Made by a program: the position numbers and the translations under genes
Part shown: piece after piece, positions 8,030-17,300 of the stretch
Layout of the letters: every line of letters begins with the position of its first letter
How positions within the stretch are numbered: the stretch's first letter is position 1
IMG/VR virus record: IMGVR_UViG_3300029922_000038
Span: 25,353-89,352 of that record
Reading direction: 5' to 3' (one strand)
Length of the DNA: 64,000 nucleotides
Source of the DNA: a virus
Notes under the pieces: model-generated
Database searches by the model: none
What the model saw: only the letters and a program-made list of their open reading frames with translations
Told to the model about the DNA's origin: nothing

Positions 8030-8983
8030 ATGAATTATTTTGAAGTAAAAGCAATTAGCAATAGTGCTTTAAATGCACTTGACCCAGAGATGGGTGGAAG
8101 TCCTGCTAAATTTAAAAAATATATGGATGGAGTATATGAAAGTAAAGAATCCCTTTCTTTGGAGAGGGGTTCTTTATTACATTCATGGTTAGAACATCAG
8201 GATAATTTTATAGTAGCAGACTTAGATAAACCTACTGGGCAAATGGGGGCTTATGTAGAGAGTTATTATAAGAATTTGATAGCTGGATATGATTCTGTAT
8301 CTGCAAGTGAAATAGCATATGCAGAAGTAGGATTTAAGAGAGATAAAATAGAAACAGTATTAAAGAAATTTACTGAACCTGAAAATGCTGAATATTTTCA
8401 TTTTTTAGAAGAAGCTACTGGTAAAAATGTATTAACAAAAGCTACTAAAGAAATATTAGAGGCTTGTAAACAGTCTATACAAAATAATAAGATAGCTTGG
8501 GAATTAATTTGTAAACCTTGGCCACATAAAGAGAAAGAATTATATTGGTGTGATAATTTAGAATTACAGAGAAAAGTTAAAATAGATCATTTAACTATAG
8601 ATAATAATAAAGGTATTATATGGCTTACTGATTATAAAACTACTTCTAAATCAGCTTATAATTTTAAAGATACTTTAGATTATTGGAGATATTATAGACA
8701 ATTAGAATATTATAAAGAGGCCATACTGTCAGTTGATTCTCATACATATTTTGTAGAAGATGATATTAAAGATTATACAGTTATTTGCAATATAATAGTT
8801 TGTGAGACATTTGGAGATTTTAATACAGTTGTATATAATATAAATCAATCTTACTTGGATAAAGGTAGAGAAGAATTAGATTCTCTATTACAAAGAGCTA
8901 AATGGCATATAGATAATGATATTTGGAATCAATCTAAAGAAGAATATCCTCAAGGTTATATTAGCCTTTCTTTCACTAAATAA
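8030..8983 (+). CDS. PD-(D/E)xK exonuclease (RecE/ExoVIII, DUF3799-like)
   Basis: ISNSAL, GSLLH, KELYW, KVKID, TDYKTT and YYRQLEYY motifs. Confidence 0.85.
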   Translation: MNYFEVKAISNSALNALDPEMGGSPAKFKKYMDGVYESKESLSLERGSLLHSWLEHQDNFIVADLDKPTGQMGAYVESYYKNLIAGYDSVSASEIAYAEVGFKRDKIETVLKKFTEPENAEYFHFLEEATGKNVLTKATKEILEACKQSIQNNKIAWELICKPWPHKEKELYWCDNLELQRKVKIDHLTIDNNKGIIWLTDYKTTSKSAYNFKDTLDYWRYYRQLEYYKEAILSVDSHTYFVEDDIKDYTVICNIIVCETFGDFNTVVYNINQSYLDKGREELDSLLQRAKWHIDNDIWNQSKEEYPQGYISLSFTK

Positions 8984-8990
8984 TTAAATT

Positions 8991-9464
8991 ATGAATTCTT
9001 TAAAACCTGTTTTATTTTTATTTATTAGTATTAGTATTATATTAGGTTTTTTATTATACCCCTATCATTTAAGTTATATTAAAGATAAACCTATTATAAT
9101 TAATAATACCGATACTTTCTTTGTTATGAATGTTACTTGTTATAGAATAACTAATTCTAAATGTTGGAATAATAAAAGTGCTTGTAATAAACCTATTAAT
9201 AGAATTAACCCTATAGATAGTAAAGTTATAGCTTTACCAAGAGAAATGATTAAGAAATATAATAAGAATGCTTATTTCTCTTATGGGGATAGCGTAGAAC
9301 TAATAGGTAAAGACTTTATATATGCTGGAAAGTATATAGTAGGAGAAACTACAGCTACTAATATACATAATAGTATAGATATAGAAGTAGGTAAAAGTAA
9401 TAAAATAGGAGTTTGGAAAGGTATTTTCATTAAAAAGATTAAAAATAATTTGATGGTTAACTAA
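8991..9464 (+). CDS. Membrane-anchored 3D-domain-like (MltA C-terminal) protein
   Basis: N-terminal TM helix; VTCY, IALPRE, YGDSV, GKYIVGET and SIDI resemble a 3D domain with degenerate Asp residues. Confidence 0.5.
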   Translation: MNSLKPVLFLFISISIILGFLLYPYHLSYIKDKPIIINNTDTFFVMNVTCYRITNSKCWNNKSACNKPINRINPIDSKVIALPREMIKKYNKNAYFSYGDSVELIGKDFIYAGKYIVGETTATNIHNSIDIEVGKSNKIGVWKGIFIKKIKNNLMVN

Positions 9465-9494
9465 AAAGAGTTAACTTTGAACAAAATATAAAAA

Positions 9495-9974
9495 ATGAGT
9501 ACAAATAAGAAAGTAAATCCAAAAGTAGTGCAAGTAGCACAACCACAAAAAGAACAACCTTTGAATGGAGATCATAATCCAAATGGTATTAAAAAAGTAG
9601 ATTTTAAACCTAATGATGGTATGATTATGTTTGATTATATTAAACCACCAAAAGAAGGTGTAACTAAAGGGGGAATTGTTATACCTGAAAGTTTACAAAA
9701 AAGTTCTATATTAAAAGCTATAGTAGTAGCAGTAGGGGATGATGTAAAATATGAAGTAGGAGATTTAATTGCCCTTATGCCAGCCCCTGACCACTGGGTA
9801 TTATTTGAACATAGAAATTATAAATTCTTTCTTTGTTATAATAATATGATATTTGGTAAATATACAGATGTCAAATATACTGAAGAAGAAGAATACCCAG
9901 TAGAATCTTCTATTTTGCAATTAGAAACTCCAGGTCTTATTCTACCATTCTCTAATATACAAGGAGAAGCATAA
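9495..9974 (+). CDS. GroES/Cpn10-like co-chaperonin
   Basis: FKP..D, TKGGIVIPE mobile loop, AIVVAVG, YEVGD. Confidence 0.8.
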   Translation: MSTNKKVNPKVVQVAQPQKEQPLNGDHNPNGIKKVDFKPNDGMIMFDYIKPPKEGVTKGGIVIPESLQKSSILKAIVVAVGDDVKYEVGDLIALMPAPDHWVLFEHRNYKFFLCYNNMIFGKYTDVKYTEEEEYPVESSILQLETPGLILPFSNIQGEA

Positions 9975-10525
9975 TGGAACAAGGGGAGATTGCCCACTTG
10001 GTCATTGAAAGTACAAGAATAGCTAAAGAAAAAGGGTTTCATGAAAATTTTAACCTTAAAGAAAAGCTATTCTTACTAATTTCAGAATTAAGTGAAGCTA
10101 TGGAAGCAGATAGAAATAGTGAACATGCTATGTTGGATGAATATAAAGAGGCAAATGAGGATCCTCTTTTAGATTTTAATTCTGAATCATATGTTTACTA
10201 TATTAAAGACACATTTGAGGCAGAATTAGCGGGTACATTTATAAGATTAGGACATATTTGTGGTTATCTTAATCAAATGCCTGTTATAATAGACAAATTC
10301 TATTTAGAAAATAAGAGAACATTTGCTGAAGCTTGCTTTGATTTATGCCCAGCTATACTTATGATTCATGTAGATAGGGTTAATCTAAATACTAATCTTA
10401 GTGTTATACTTACTTCACTTATACAAACATGTAATCAATTTGGAGTAGCTAATATACAAGAGTATATAGATTTAGAATTAAAATTCTTTGAAAGTAGACC
10501 TTTTAAACATAATAAAAAATACTAA
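9974..10525 (+). CDS. MazG-like NTP pyrophosphohydrolase
   Basis: AKEKGF, LISELSEAMEADR, FEAELA, RPFKHNKKY. Confidence 0.75.
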   Translation: MEQGEIAHLVIESTRIAKEKGFHENFNLKEKLFLLISELSEAMEADRNSEHAMLDEYKEANEDPLLDFNSESYVYYIKDTFEAELAGTFIRLGHICGYLNQMPVIIDKFYLENKRTFAEACFDLCPAILMIHVDRVNLNTNLSVILTSLIQTCNQFGVANIQEYIDLELKFFESRPFKHNKKY

Positions 10526-10526
10526 A

Positions 10527-10775
10527 ATGAAATTTGAAGATATTGGAAGTGGTTGGTTAAAAGATGCCGCTTATAGAAATTCTAAATTAACTAAAGATGA
10601 AATGAGAAGATCTATTCTAAAATTATCTTCTTTTAAAGATAAATTAGCAAGTGATTATGTAGAATTTGATCTTAGGGAAGAAGATGGGGATGAAATGATT
10701 GCCCATAAAAAAGTACAAGCAGTATTTGTAGAAGGGGTATTTTATATACCTACAATAAATTATAATAAATGTTAA
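10527..10775 (+). CDS. Hypothetical protein
   Basis: ORF track 10488..10775; the ATG right after the MazG stop is the more likely start. Confidence 0.55.
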   Translation: MKFEDIGSGWLKDAAYRNSKLTKDEMRRSILKLSSFKDKLASDYVEFDLREEDGDEMIAHKKVQAVFVEGVFYIPTINYNKC

Positions 10776-10776
10776 T

Positions 10777-11037
10777 ATGAGTATATACATACAAAAAGAA
10801 CCAGGACAAGTAGAAGCTATTCAGTTCACTGGATTAAATTTTAATGAGTGTGAAGAGTTTGCAGAAGGTATTATATTTCATATAGTAAGAACTCCTGGTG
10901 GAGAGAGATATGGTATTATTGATAATAAAAGAGTGAACCCTACAGATTATATTGAAAGATTTGAATATGAAGGGGAAATGGAATATACTGTTTCAGATAA
11001 AGAAGATTTTGAACAATATTATAAATTATTAAAATAA
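10777..11037 (+). CDS. Conserved phage protein (VEAIQFTG...PTDYI...FEQYY type)
   Basis: Motif pattern common in small phage proteins. Confidence 0.6.
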   Translation: MSIYIQKEPGQVEAIQFTGLNFNECEEFAEGIIFHIVRTPGGERYGIIDNKRVNPTDYIERFEYEGEMEYTVSDKEDFEQYYKLLK

Positions 11038-11041
11038 AATT

Positions 11042-11251
11042 GTGTTTCAAATAAGAGGCAAGGATTTTATAAGTGAAGAAGATAGTAATTCAGTAGTAGA
11101 AGTGAGTAAAATAGACATAACTAATATGGAATGGAAAAAAATTGCTGAATTGCTTAATTTGAAACTTATAGATCCTTGTCTTTCTTTATATGAGAATATA
11201 GATGGAATATTTGTATTAGGTAAATATGGTTTTGTTAAACAAATAAAATAA
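11042..11251 (+). CDS. Hypothetical protein
   Basis: 69-aa ORF within a packed operon. Confidence 0.5.
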   Translation: MFQIRGKDFISEEDSNSVVEVSKIDITNMEWKKIAELLNLKLIDPCLSLYENIDGIFVLGKYGFVKQIK

Positions 11252-11559
11252 TGACAAGAGAAGAATTTCTCCAAAGCGCAGATACTCTTTGGAGTGAAAT
11301 AATGGTAGTTAATAAAGAAAAAGGTAGAGATTATACTGTAAATAGTGAAGATGCTCTTGCTAACTTTAAAGTTAGTGGAGAAGATTTTAACATAGAACCT
11401 ATGAAAGTATTGGGTATATTAATGTCTAAACATGATAAAGCTATATATTCATATATTAAATCAGGAGGACAGAATGAATCAGAACCCATAAGAGGAAGAC
11501 TTCACGATAGTATTCTTTATAAATTTCTATTAAACGCTTTAATAGAAGAACAAATATAA
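11251..11559 (+). CDS. Nucleotide-modification-associated (DUF1599/Nmad1-like) helical protein
   Basis: KEKGRDY...DALANF...KH...D..LY pattern. Confidence 0.6.
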   Translation: MTREEFLQSADTLWSEIMVVNKEKGRDYTVNSEDALANFKVSGEDFNIEPMKVLGILMSKHDKAIYSYIKSGGQNESEPIRGRLHDSILYKFLLNALIEEQI

Positions 11560-11566
11560 TAATAAA

Positions 11567-11809
11567 ATGAGAGGAGTAATAGAGGTTTTTATGCAACCAA
11601 AAAAGAAGAAATTAACTTGTGATGGATATTATATGATACAAGATAGAATGGGAGATTTTACACCTGATTGGTGTGATGGAACTATAAAACATAATCAATC
11701 TTATATATCTATATCTATAAATGATGGAGAATATAAAACAAATTGGCATGATTGTAAAACATGTCATGAATATATAAAAGTATATGAACTTGATTTAGTA
11801 GAAGCATGA
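11567..11809 (+). CDS. Hypothetical protein
   Basis: 80-aa ORF with a CxxC. Confidence 0.5.
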   Translation: MRGVIEVFMQPKKKKLTCDGYYMIQDRMGDFTPDWCDGTIKHNQSYISISINDGEYKTNWHDCKTCHEYIKVYELDLVEA

Positions 11810-12015
11810 ATAATAAACAAATAGAAGATATATTATCTCTGAAAACAGAGAAGGATAGATTAGAAGATTTTTTATCTAAAAAACCAAATACTAATAAGTT
11901 AGATTGGGATTATGGTTCTCTATACCTAAACGAATTTCCAGTATTTAGAGATAGAATAAATACTCTTGTAAAATTTAGGATAGGTGAAATTAAAAATATA
12001 TTAACCAAATTATGA
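11806..12015 (+). CDS. Hypothetical protein
   Basis: ATGA-coupled 69-aa ORF. Confidence 0.55.
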   Translation: MNNKQIEDILSLKTEKDRLEDFLSKKPNTNKLDWDYGSLYLNEFPVFRDRINTLVKFRIGEIKNILTKL

Positions 12016-12638
12016 GAAATATATTAACATTAATTGGATGGGGATTGGCTATTCTATTTTGTACATTATTTTTACTTAAATGTAATAACAATGTTACTAC
12101 AAAATTAGAATATAAAAATCCTAAAGATTCTACTAAAATAACTATAGTGGATACTACTCATAAAAAACCTATTCTTATATATAAAGATAGTTTTATTAAA
12201 GGGGATACAAAATACATAAAAGGAGAAACTATATATCAAAAAGGGGATACAGTTTATATTCCCGTTAAGTCTATGTATTTGACTACTGGAGATACTTTAG
12301 CAATAGTAAATGATTATTATCTTAAAAAGATATTTAAAGGCACTTTTTCTGTAGATTCAGTAAATGTAACTTGGTATGATAGTGTATCTCAAAATAGAAG
12401 TTTAGGACATAAATTTGTTATACAAAACCTAAGACCTACTTTACAAATACCTACTGTTAATACTCACAAAAGAGTATTATATTTTGGTGGAAGTTTAGGT
12501 TGGTCTTTAAATAGTAGATTACCCTCATTGGCTCCTACTATGGTTTATACAGATAAACAAGAAAGAGGATTTGTATTATCTTATGATTTAATTAATAGAA
12601 CTACTCAAATAGGAATAGTTGCAAAATTACATTTTTAG
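12012..12638 (+). CDS. Membrane-anchored protein, possible unimolecular-spanin-like
   Basis: N-terminal hydrophobic helix followed by Cys; DT-rich stalk; C-terminal amphipathic beta strands ending in Phe. Confidence 0.45.
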   Translation: MRNILTLIGWGLAILFCTLFLLKCNNNVTTKLEYKNPKDSTKITIVDTTHKKPILIYKDSFIKGDTKYIKGETIYQKGDTVYIPVKSMYLTTGDTLAIVNDYYLKKIFKGTFSVDSVNVTWYDSVSQNRSLGHKFVIQNLRPTLQIPTVNTHKRVLYFGGSLGWSLNSRLPSLAPTMVYTDKQERGFVLSYDLINRTTQIGIVAKLHF

Positions 12639-12893
12639 ATGAGTAAGGCAGAATATGATTATAATAAATACTTTGAAGGGAGACCAGTAAATATATATTG
12701 GTATGAGACAGATGAATTATTTATGGAATGTCATTCTATTAATAAAGCAGCTTCTATATTAGGATGTAGTTCAGGTCAAGTTACAAAATGTTTAAACAAT
12801 AAACCTAAAACAGAAGGTAAGAAAGCATTAAGTATAACTTCATCAAGAGGTACATTTTATGTAAAAGATAAGAAAGTAGAGAAAAATGGGTAA
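12639..12893 (+). CDS. NUMOD1-like HTH DNA-binding protein
   Basis: SINKAASILG...VTKCL motif. Confidence 0.55.
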   Translation: MSKAEYDYNKYFEGRPVNIYWYETDELFMECHSINKAASILGCSSGQVTKCLNNKPKTEGKKALSITSSRGTFYVKDKKVEKNG

Positions 12894-13179
12894 TATTAAA
12901 ACTTCTAAAGTTACTTTTTTAAAAGGTGCAGTTGGTAATACTGAATGGTGGACTGAACATGATTGGGAAGAACATAGAAAGAATGTAATGGAGCTAAAAG
13001 CTATTGGGGAATATTTAAAACCAGTAGAAATAACTGTTTCTTGGACAGATTTTCCAGAATCATTTAATATTACTAAAGAAGATCCTTCATTAGTATCTTA
13101 TGGATATGGTCTTATAGATACTTCTGATTATTACCCAAGTAGAATGATATATTCAAATAAAAAAGAAGATGGAGAATGA
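12886..13179 (+). CDS. Hypothetical protein
   Basis: 97-aa ORF overlapping its neighbours. Confidence 0.55.
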   Translation: MGNIKTSKVTFLKGAVGNTEWWTEHDWEEHRKNVMELKAIGEYLKPVEITVSWTDFPESFNITKEDPSLVSYGYGLIDTSDYYPSRMIYSNKKEDGE

Positions 13180-13378
13180 AGATTTAAAAATTAGTAGTCT
13201 AAATAGTGAAATGTTACAATACAAAATAATTGGATATTTAAAAATATTAAAAAGTGAAAGAGTAAAAGCTATGTTTAAAGCCAACAATGTAAATTTAGGT
13301 ATATTAGAAGAATTTATATATAGTTATAAAAAACATTTTGATATTAAAGAAGAAACTAATGGAAAAGCTAATATATAA
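13169..13378 (+). CDS. Hypothetical protein
   Basis: 69-aa ORF. Confidence 0.5.
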   Translation: MENEDLKISSLNSEMLQYKIIGYLKILKSERVKAMFKANNVNLGILEEFIYSYKKHFDIKEETNGKANI

Positions 13379-13562
13379 AGATAAAGAATACTCTGATTGT
13401 ATTTATACTAAACAAGATATTAAATTACCTTTTAGATTTAAACTAAAAATACTATTTAGTGATTTATTACAAGTAGATATAAAAATATATACAGAAAAAG
13501 AAGTAGGGGAAGCTAAATCAGAGATAAACCTACATACATTTAAAAAAGATAAAAAGAAATGA
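13359..13562 (+). CDS. Hypothetical protein
   Basis: ORF track 13338..13562; the internal ATG (MEKLIY) is the likelier start. Confidence 0.5.
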   Translation: MEKLIYKDKEYSDCIYTKQDIKLPFRFKLKILFSDLLQVDIKIYTEKEVGEAKSEINLHTFKKDKKK

Positions 13563-13984
13563 TTAACTATATAATATTTTGGGTATTGGCATTATTTACA
13601 ATACTTGCAAATGCCCTATTTGATAAAAATGATGATATAAATAAGAATATTTATGTTAATCATTTAGAAGAAGGAATATTTAGTGGATTTATAATAGCTG
13701 TAATATGTTTTGCATGTTTTAGTTATGATATAGTAAATTTCCATAATTGGTATCCTTTTATATTTAATCTAAGTTTATATCTTCCTGTAAGGTGGATAGT
13801 ATTTGACTTATTCTTAAATGATATAAGAAATAAGCCCCTTTTATATATTGGGGAATTGAAACCTACAAGTTCAATAACTGATAAATTCTTACATTGGGTA
13901 GGAAAAGATTTTCAAATACCTATGAAACTATTACTATTAATAATAGTAATTGTTGTAAATTTGTTAATAATTAAAAAAATATAA
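13559..13984 (+). CDS. Multi-pass membrane protein
   Basis: Three to four hydrophobic segments. Confidence 0.65.
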   Translation: MINYIIFWVLALFTILANALFDKNDDINKNIYVNHLEEGIFSGFIIAVICFACFSYDIVNFHNWYPFIFNLSLYLPVRWIVFDLFLNDIRNKPLLYIGELKPTSSITDKFLHWVGKDFQIPMKLLLLIIVIVVNLLIIKKI

Positions 13985-13985
13985 A

Positions 13986-14165
13986 ATGACATTAAGTAAA
14001 GTAAGTACAGGAGTTGTACTATTTTTAATAGCTTTAGCTATTATACCAGCAGCAGTAAATTTTATGGATTACCCTAAAAATACATATGGGGGTTGGTGGA
14101 CTGCTCCAGTATTAGCAGTAGTAATCTATTTTGCTTTTGCTATATTTGGTAAAGGAAAAGAATAA
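13986..14165 (+). CDS. Small two-TM membrane protein (59 aa, not in the ORF track)
   Basis: MTLSKVSTGVVLFLIALAIIPAAVNF...WWTAPVLAVVIYFAFAIFGKGKE. Confidence 0.65.
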   Translation: MTLSKVSTGVVLFLIALAIIPAAVNFMDYPKNTYGGWWTAPVLAVVIYFAFAIFGKGKE

Positions 14166-14208
14166 TTAGCTATGCCCCATCAGGTATAAAACCTTCAGAA
14201 TAGATTGA

Positions 14209-14230
14209 TTTATACCCTATAGGGTATAAA
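14209..14230. repeat. Perfect 22-bp palindrome
   Basis: TTTATACCCTATAGGGTATAAA equals its own reverse complement. Confidence 0.9.
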
Positions 14231-14334
14231 ATTTGTCGCAAATATTTACTACTTTTGCAACAAAATATAAAGAAATCTGCCTTCAGTGAGAAGAATTGTT
14301 CGTAATTTAAGTGTGTTAAAAGTGGTAAAAGTGG

Positions 14335-14366
14335 TAAAAGGGGTTAGAAATAACCCCTTTTATTTT
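14335..14366. terminator. Bidirectional intrinsic terminator between the convergent gene blocks
   Basis: TAAAAGGGGTTA-GAAA-TAACCCCTTTTA with A/T tracts on both sides. Confidence 0.88.
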
Positions 14367-17300
14367 TAATATGTTTTAGTAAGTGATTCCTCTGTAGAAA
14401 GAACTTGGTCAGTAAGAGGTAAAGCCTTCTTCACAGCCCTTCCAATTCTTGATTGACCACTATACTCACCACCAGTTATTTTATCCTTACCAGTAGAAGC
14501 ATATTGCCCTACAGCATGAAATATTTTACCAAAGTTAGTTACTGTTTGTACAGCAGGTATTACGTTCTTACTCATATCTACAAATGAACCTGGATTATAG
14601 TAAAATGAAAGTTCATCTAAATTCCTATGTAAGATATTAGACATATAAGTAAGCATCTTAGGATGATTTTTATCTTTATCTTTTTTAATAGCCATAAATG
14701 CAATCAGCATAGTTGACATTAACATCATCTCTTTAATATTAGCTCTCATATTAGCAATATCAACAGGAGATAAACCATCTATTTCAGTATCTCTATTTAA
14801 TAACTGATTTTTAGCTATTTTAAAAAATGATTGCATAGATTTAGTAATGCTATTATTATTTGCCCTATACATATCTCTAATAGATAACCATCTTCCTTTA
14901 AATTCTCTACCTAAGTCTTCATCATAATAAGATTCTGCTAACCTATTATTGAATGTATTAGGTATCCAGTTTCTAAATGTGAAAGCTAATCTACCAATTG
15001 CATTCTTTTTAGCTAATACTGCATAAGCATTATGGTAGTTACCGTGTATAATTTCAGATAACTTTTTAACCCGTAAAGCAGCATCCTTCATTATCCTACT
15101 ATCTTCTAAGTGTGAGAACTCTGGTTTAAATCCAGTACTTGTTCTTGCATCCCATAAATTATAGAATTGTTGTTTACCTTTAGCATCAATATAATAAGTT
15201 TCTCCTTTATCATTAGATACAGGCATATGTAGAAGTGCAGCAACCATCATTCTACCCTGACCTATAATTTCCTGATTCTTCATCATGAACATAAGCTTGT
15301 TCATAACTCCTTTTGCTTTAGATTGCCCTATTTCTTCAAATTCTCCAATAGTGCCCATCTTTTGCATCATATCATTAAATTTGGCTCTTGTTTCTTTATT
15401 TACTGAATTAGTAATTAAACCAGCTTTCCTATATTCTTTAGTACTAAAATCAGTACCATAAGAAGCATGTATTCTATTAGTAATACCAAGTAGCGTATGC
15501 CTTGTAATAGCCGCAAGTGGGTTCATTGCAAGTCTTGTAAATACAGTTGTATGAAGAAGTGCATCTATTGCTTTAGCTCCTGAAAATACTTTACCATTTT
15601 CATCAGGTTTACCTTCCATTTCTTCTGCTTTTCTATTACCATAGAAAGCATCTACACTATATTCTGCTCTTTCAATAGTATGTTTGAGGTCTTTATTACC
15701 TTTAATATTCTCTTGATTTCTAATAACATCTAAGCCATTAAGGATAGCATCTTCAACTTCAGTTTTAACCTTAACTGCTGCTCCCATTTCTACATATTTC
15801 TTAAATATAGTAGGAATATCATCTAATCTATCCTCTTGTGAAAGCTTGTCTCCCATCATACCATTTCTTAATCTTGCAATGGGTTTATTAGTAGCAGGGT
15901 CAATAGCATCATTTGTATGGTCAACAGCATCTTTATAAAGAGTATCTTGAGCTTCTTTTTTTAATCTACCAAATACTCCATCTACATCAAATAAGTTTTT
16001 CATAAGAGGTCTTGCAAGTTCAGGTAAATCCGACTTCTTCATAGATTTACCCATATCAAGATAAGGATCATATTTCTCTCTAAGTGAAAAAAGATATTTA
16101 TAATATTCTTGTAATTTTGGATTACTCTCAAGTGCATTATATTTAGATTCTACCCATTCATCATTTACTTTCTCTGGGATAAGATACTTTTGCCCCCCTT
16201 TTTTCCATAAGGCTTTTGTATTAGCTTCCCCATTCCTAATGTCATTTTCAGTAGAATATCTTATAAATGGACTATTTTCATGTTCCCATTCTTTTAATCT
16301 ATCTGTTTTAGCTTTTAAGTAAACAGCTTCATTTTCAGATTTAGTTTCTCCAAATTCAATATCTAAAGTATTATCAAGATGTTTAATATAATTAGTTCTA
16401 TCTTCTTCATACTTATCTAATAATTCTTTCTGTCTTGCATGAGAATCTTCACTAAATCTATCATCAGTTTCTCCATTTTTAACCTTATTAATATCTATCC
16501 TATATTTATTATTTAGTCTAAATAGACTCAATTCCCCTATTTTAGATTTATCTCCTTTATTAATTTCATCTTGAATTTCTTTTTCTTTAATATAATATTC
16601 AAGTCCAGTTCTTGTAATAAGTTCTTTCTTATTATCTAAGCCAGTTCTTGTAATCCTATCATGAAAATCTTTACCTAATGATTTAGTAAGGTCTTTATTA
16701 TATTCTTCTAATTTCTTTTTAATATCATGACTTTCATTTTCTCCATCTTGTGTAGATTCAGATATATATCTTTGTACAAGTCTTTCATTTGCATTATGGG
16801 ATAAACTACTATTTACAAATCTTGAACCTGCCCATCCAGTATCCTTATCTGCATTAAACATATCTTCTTTATAGATATTACCAAAGGTATTATTACCTTC
16901 TTTAAGGGCAACTATTCTTTGAGCACTTAATAATCTTTTTTCTGCATCTGAAAACTTAACTAAGAATTTACCAACAGCTTCTGATTCAGGATTATCTTCA
17001 CTATGGTCAAAACTCTTTAATAGTGAATCATATCCCCCCATATAAATCTTAGCTATTTTAAGATTATGAGAAGTAGGATTACCATTTATTAATTGATTAG
17101 CTTTAGTAAGATTATCATTAGACAAGGAGAGAACAGATTGTAAATCCTGTTTAGCTACTAATTTCTTAATTTGAACATTAATATTCTGCAAAGCTTCATC
17201 TTTAGCTGTTACTTCATTAGAAGTAATTACTTTTTGATTTTCCCAGGTTCTCTTTTGATTTTCTAATTGCATAAGTACTTTTCTAATACCAGGATCAGTA

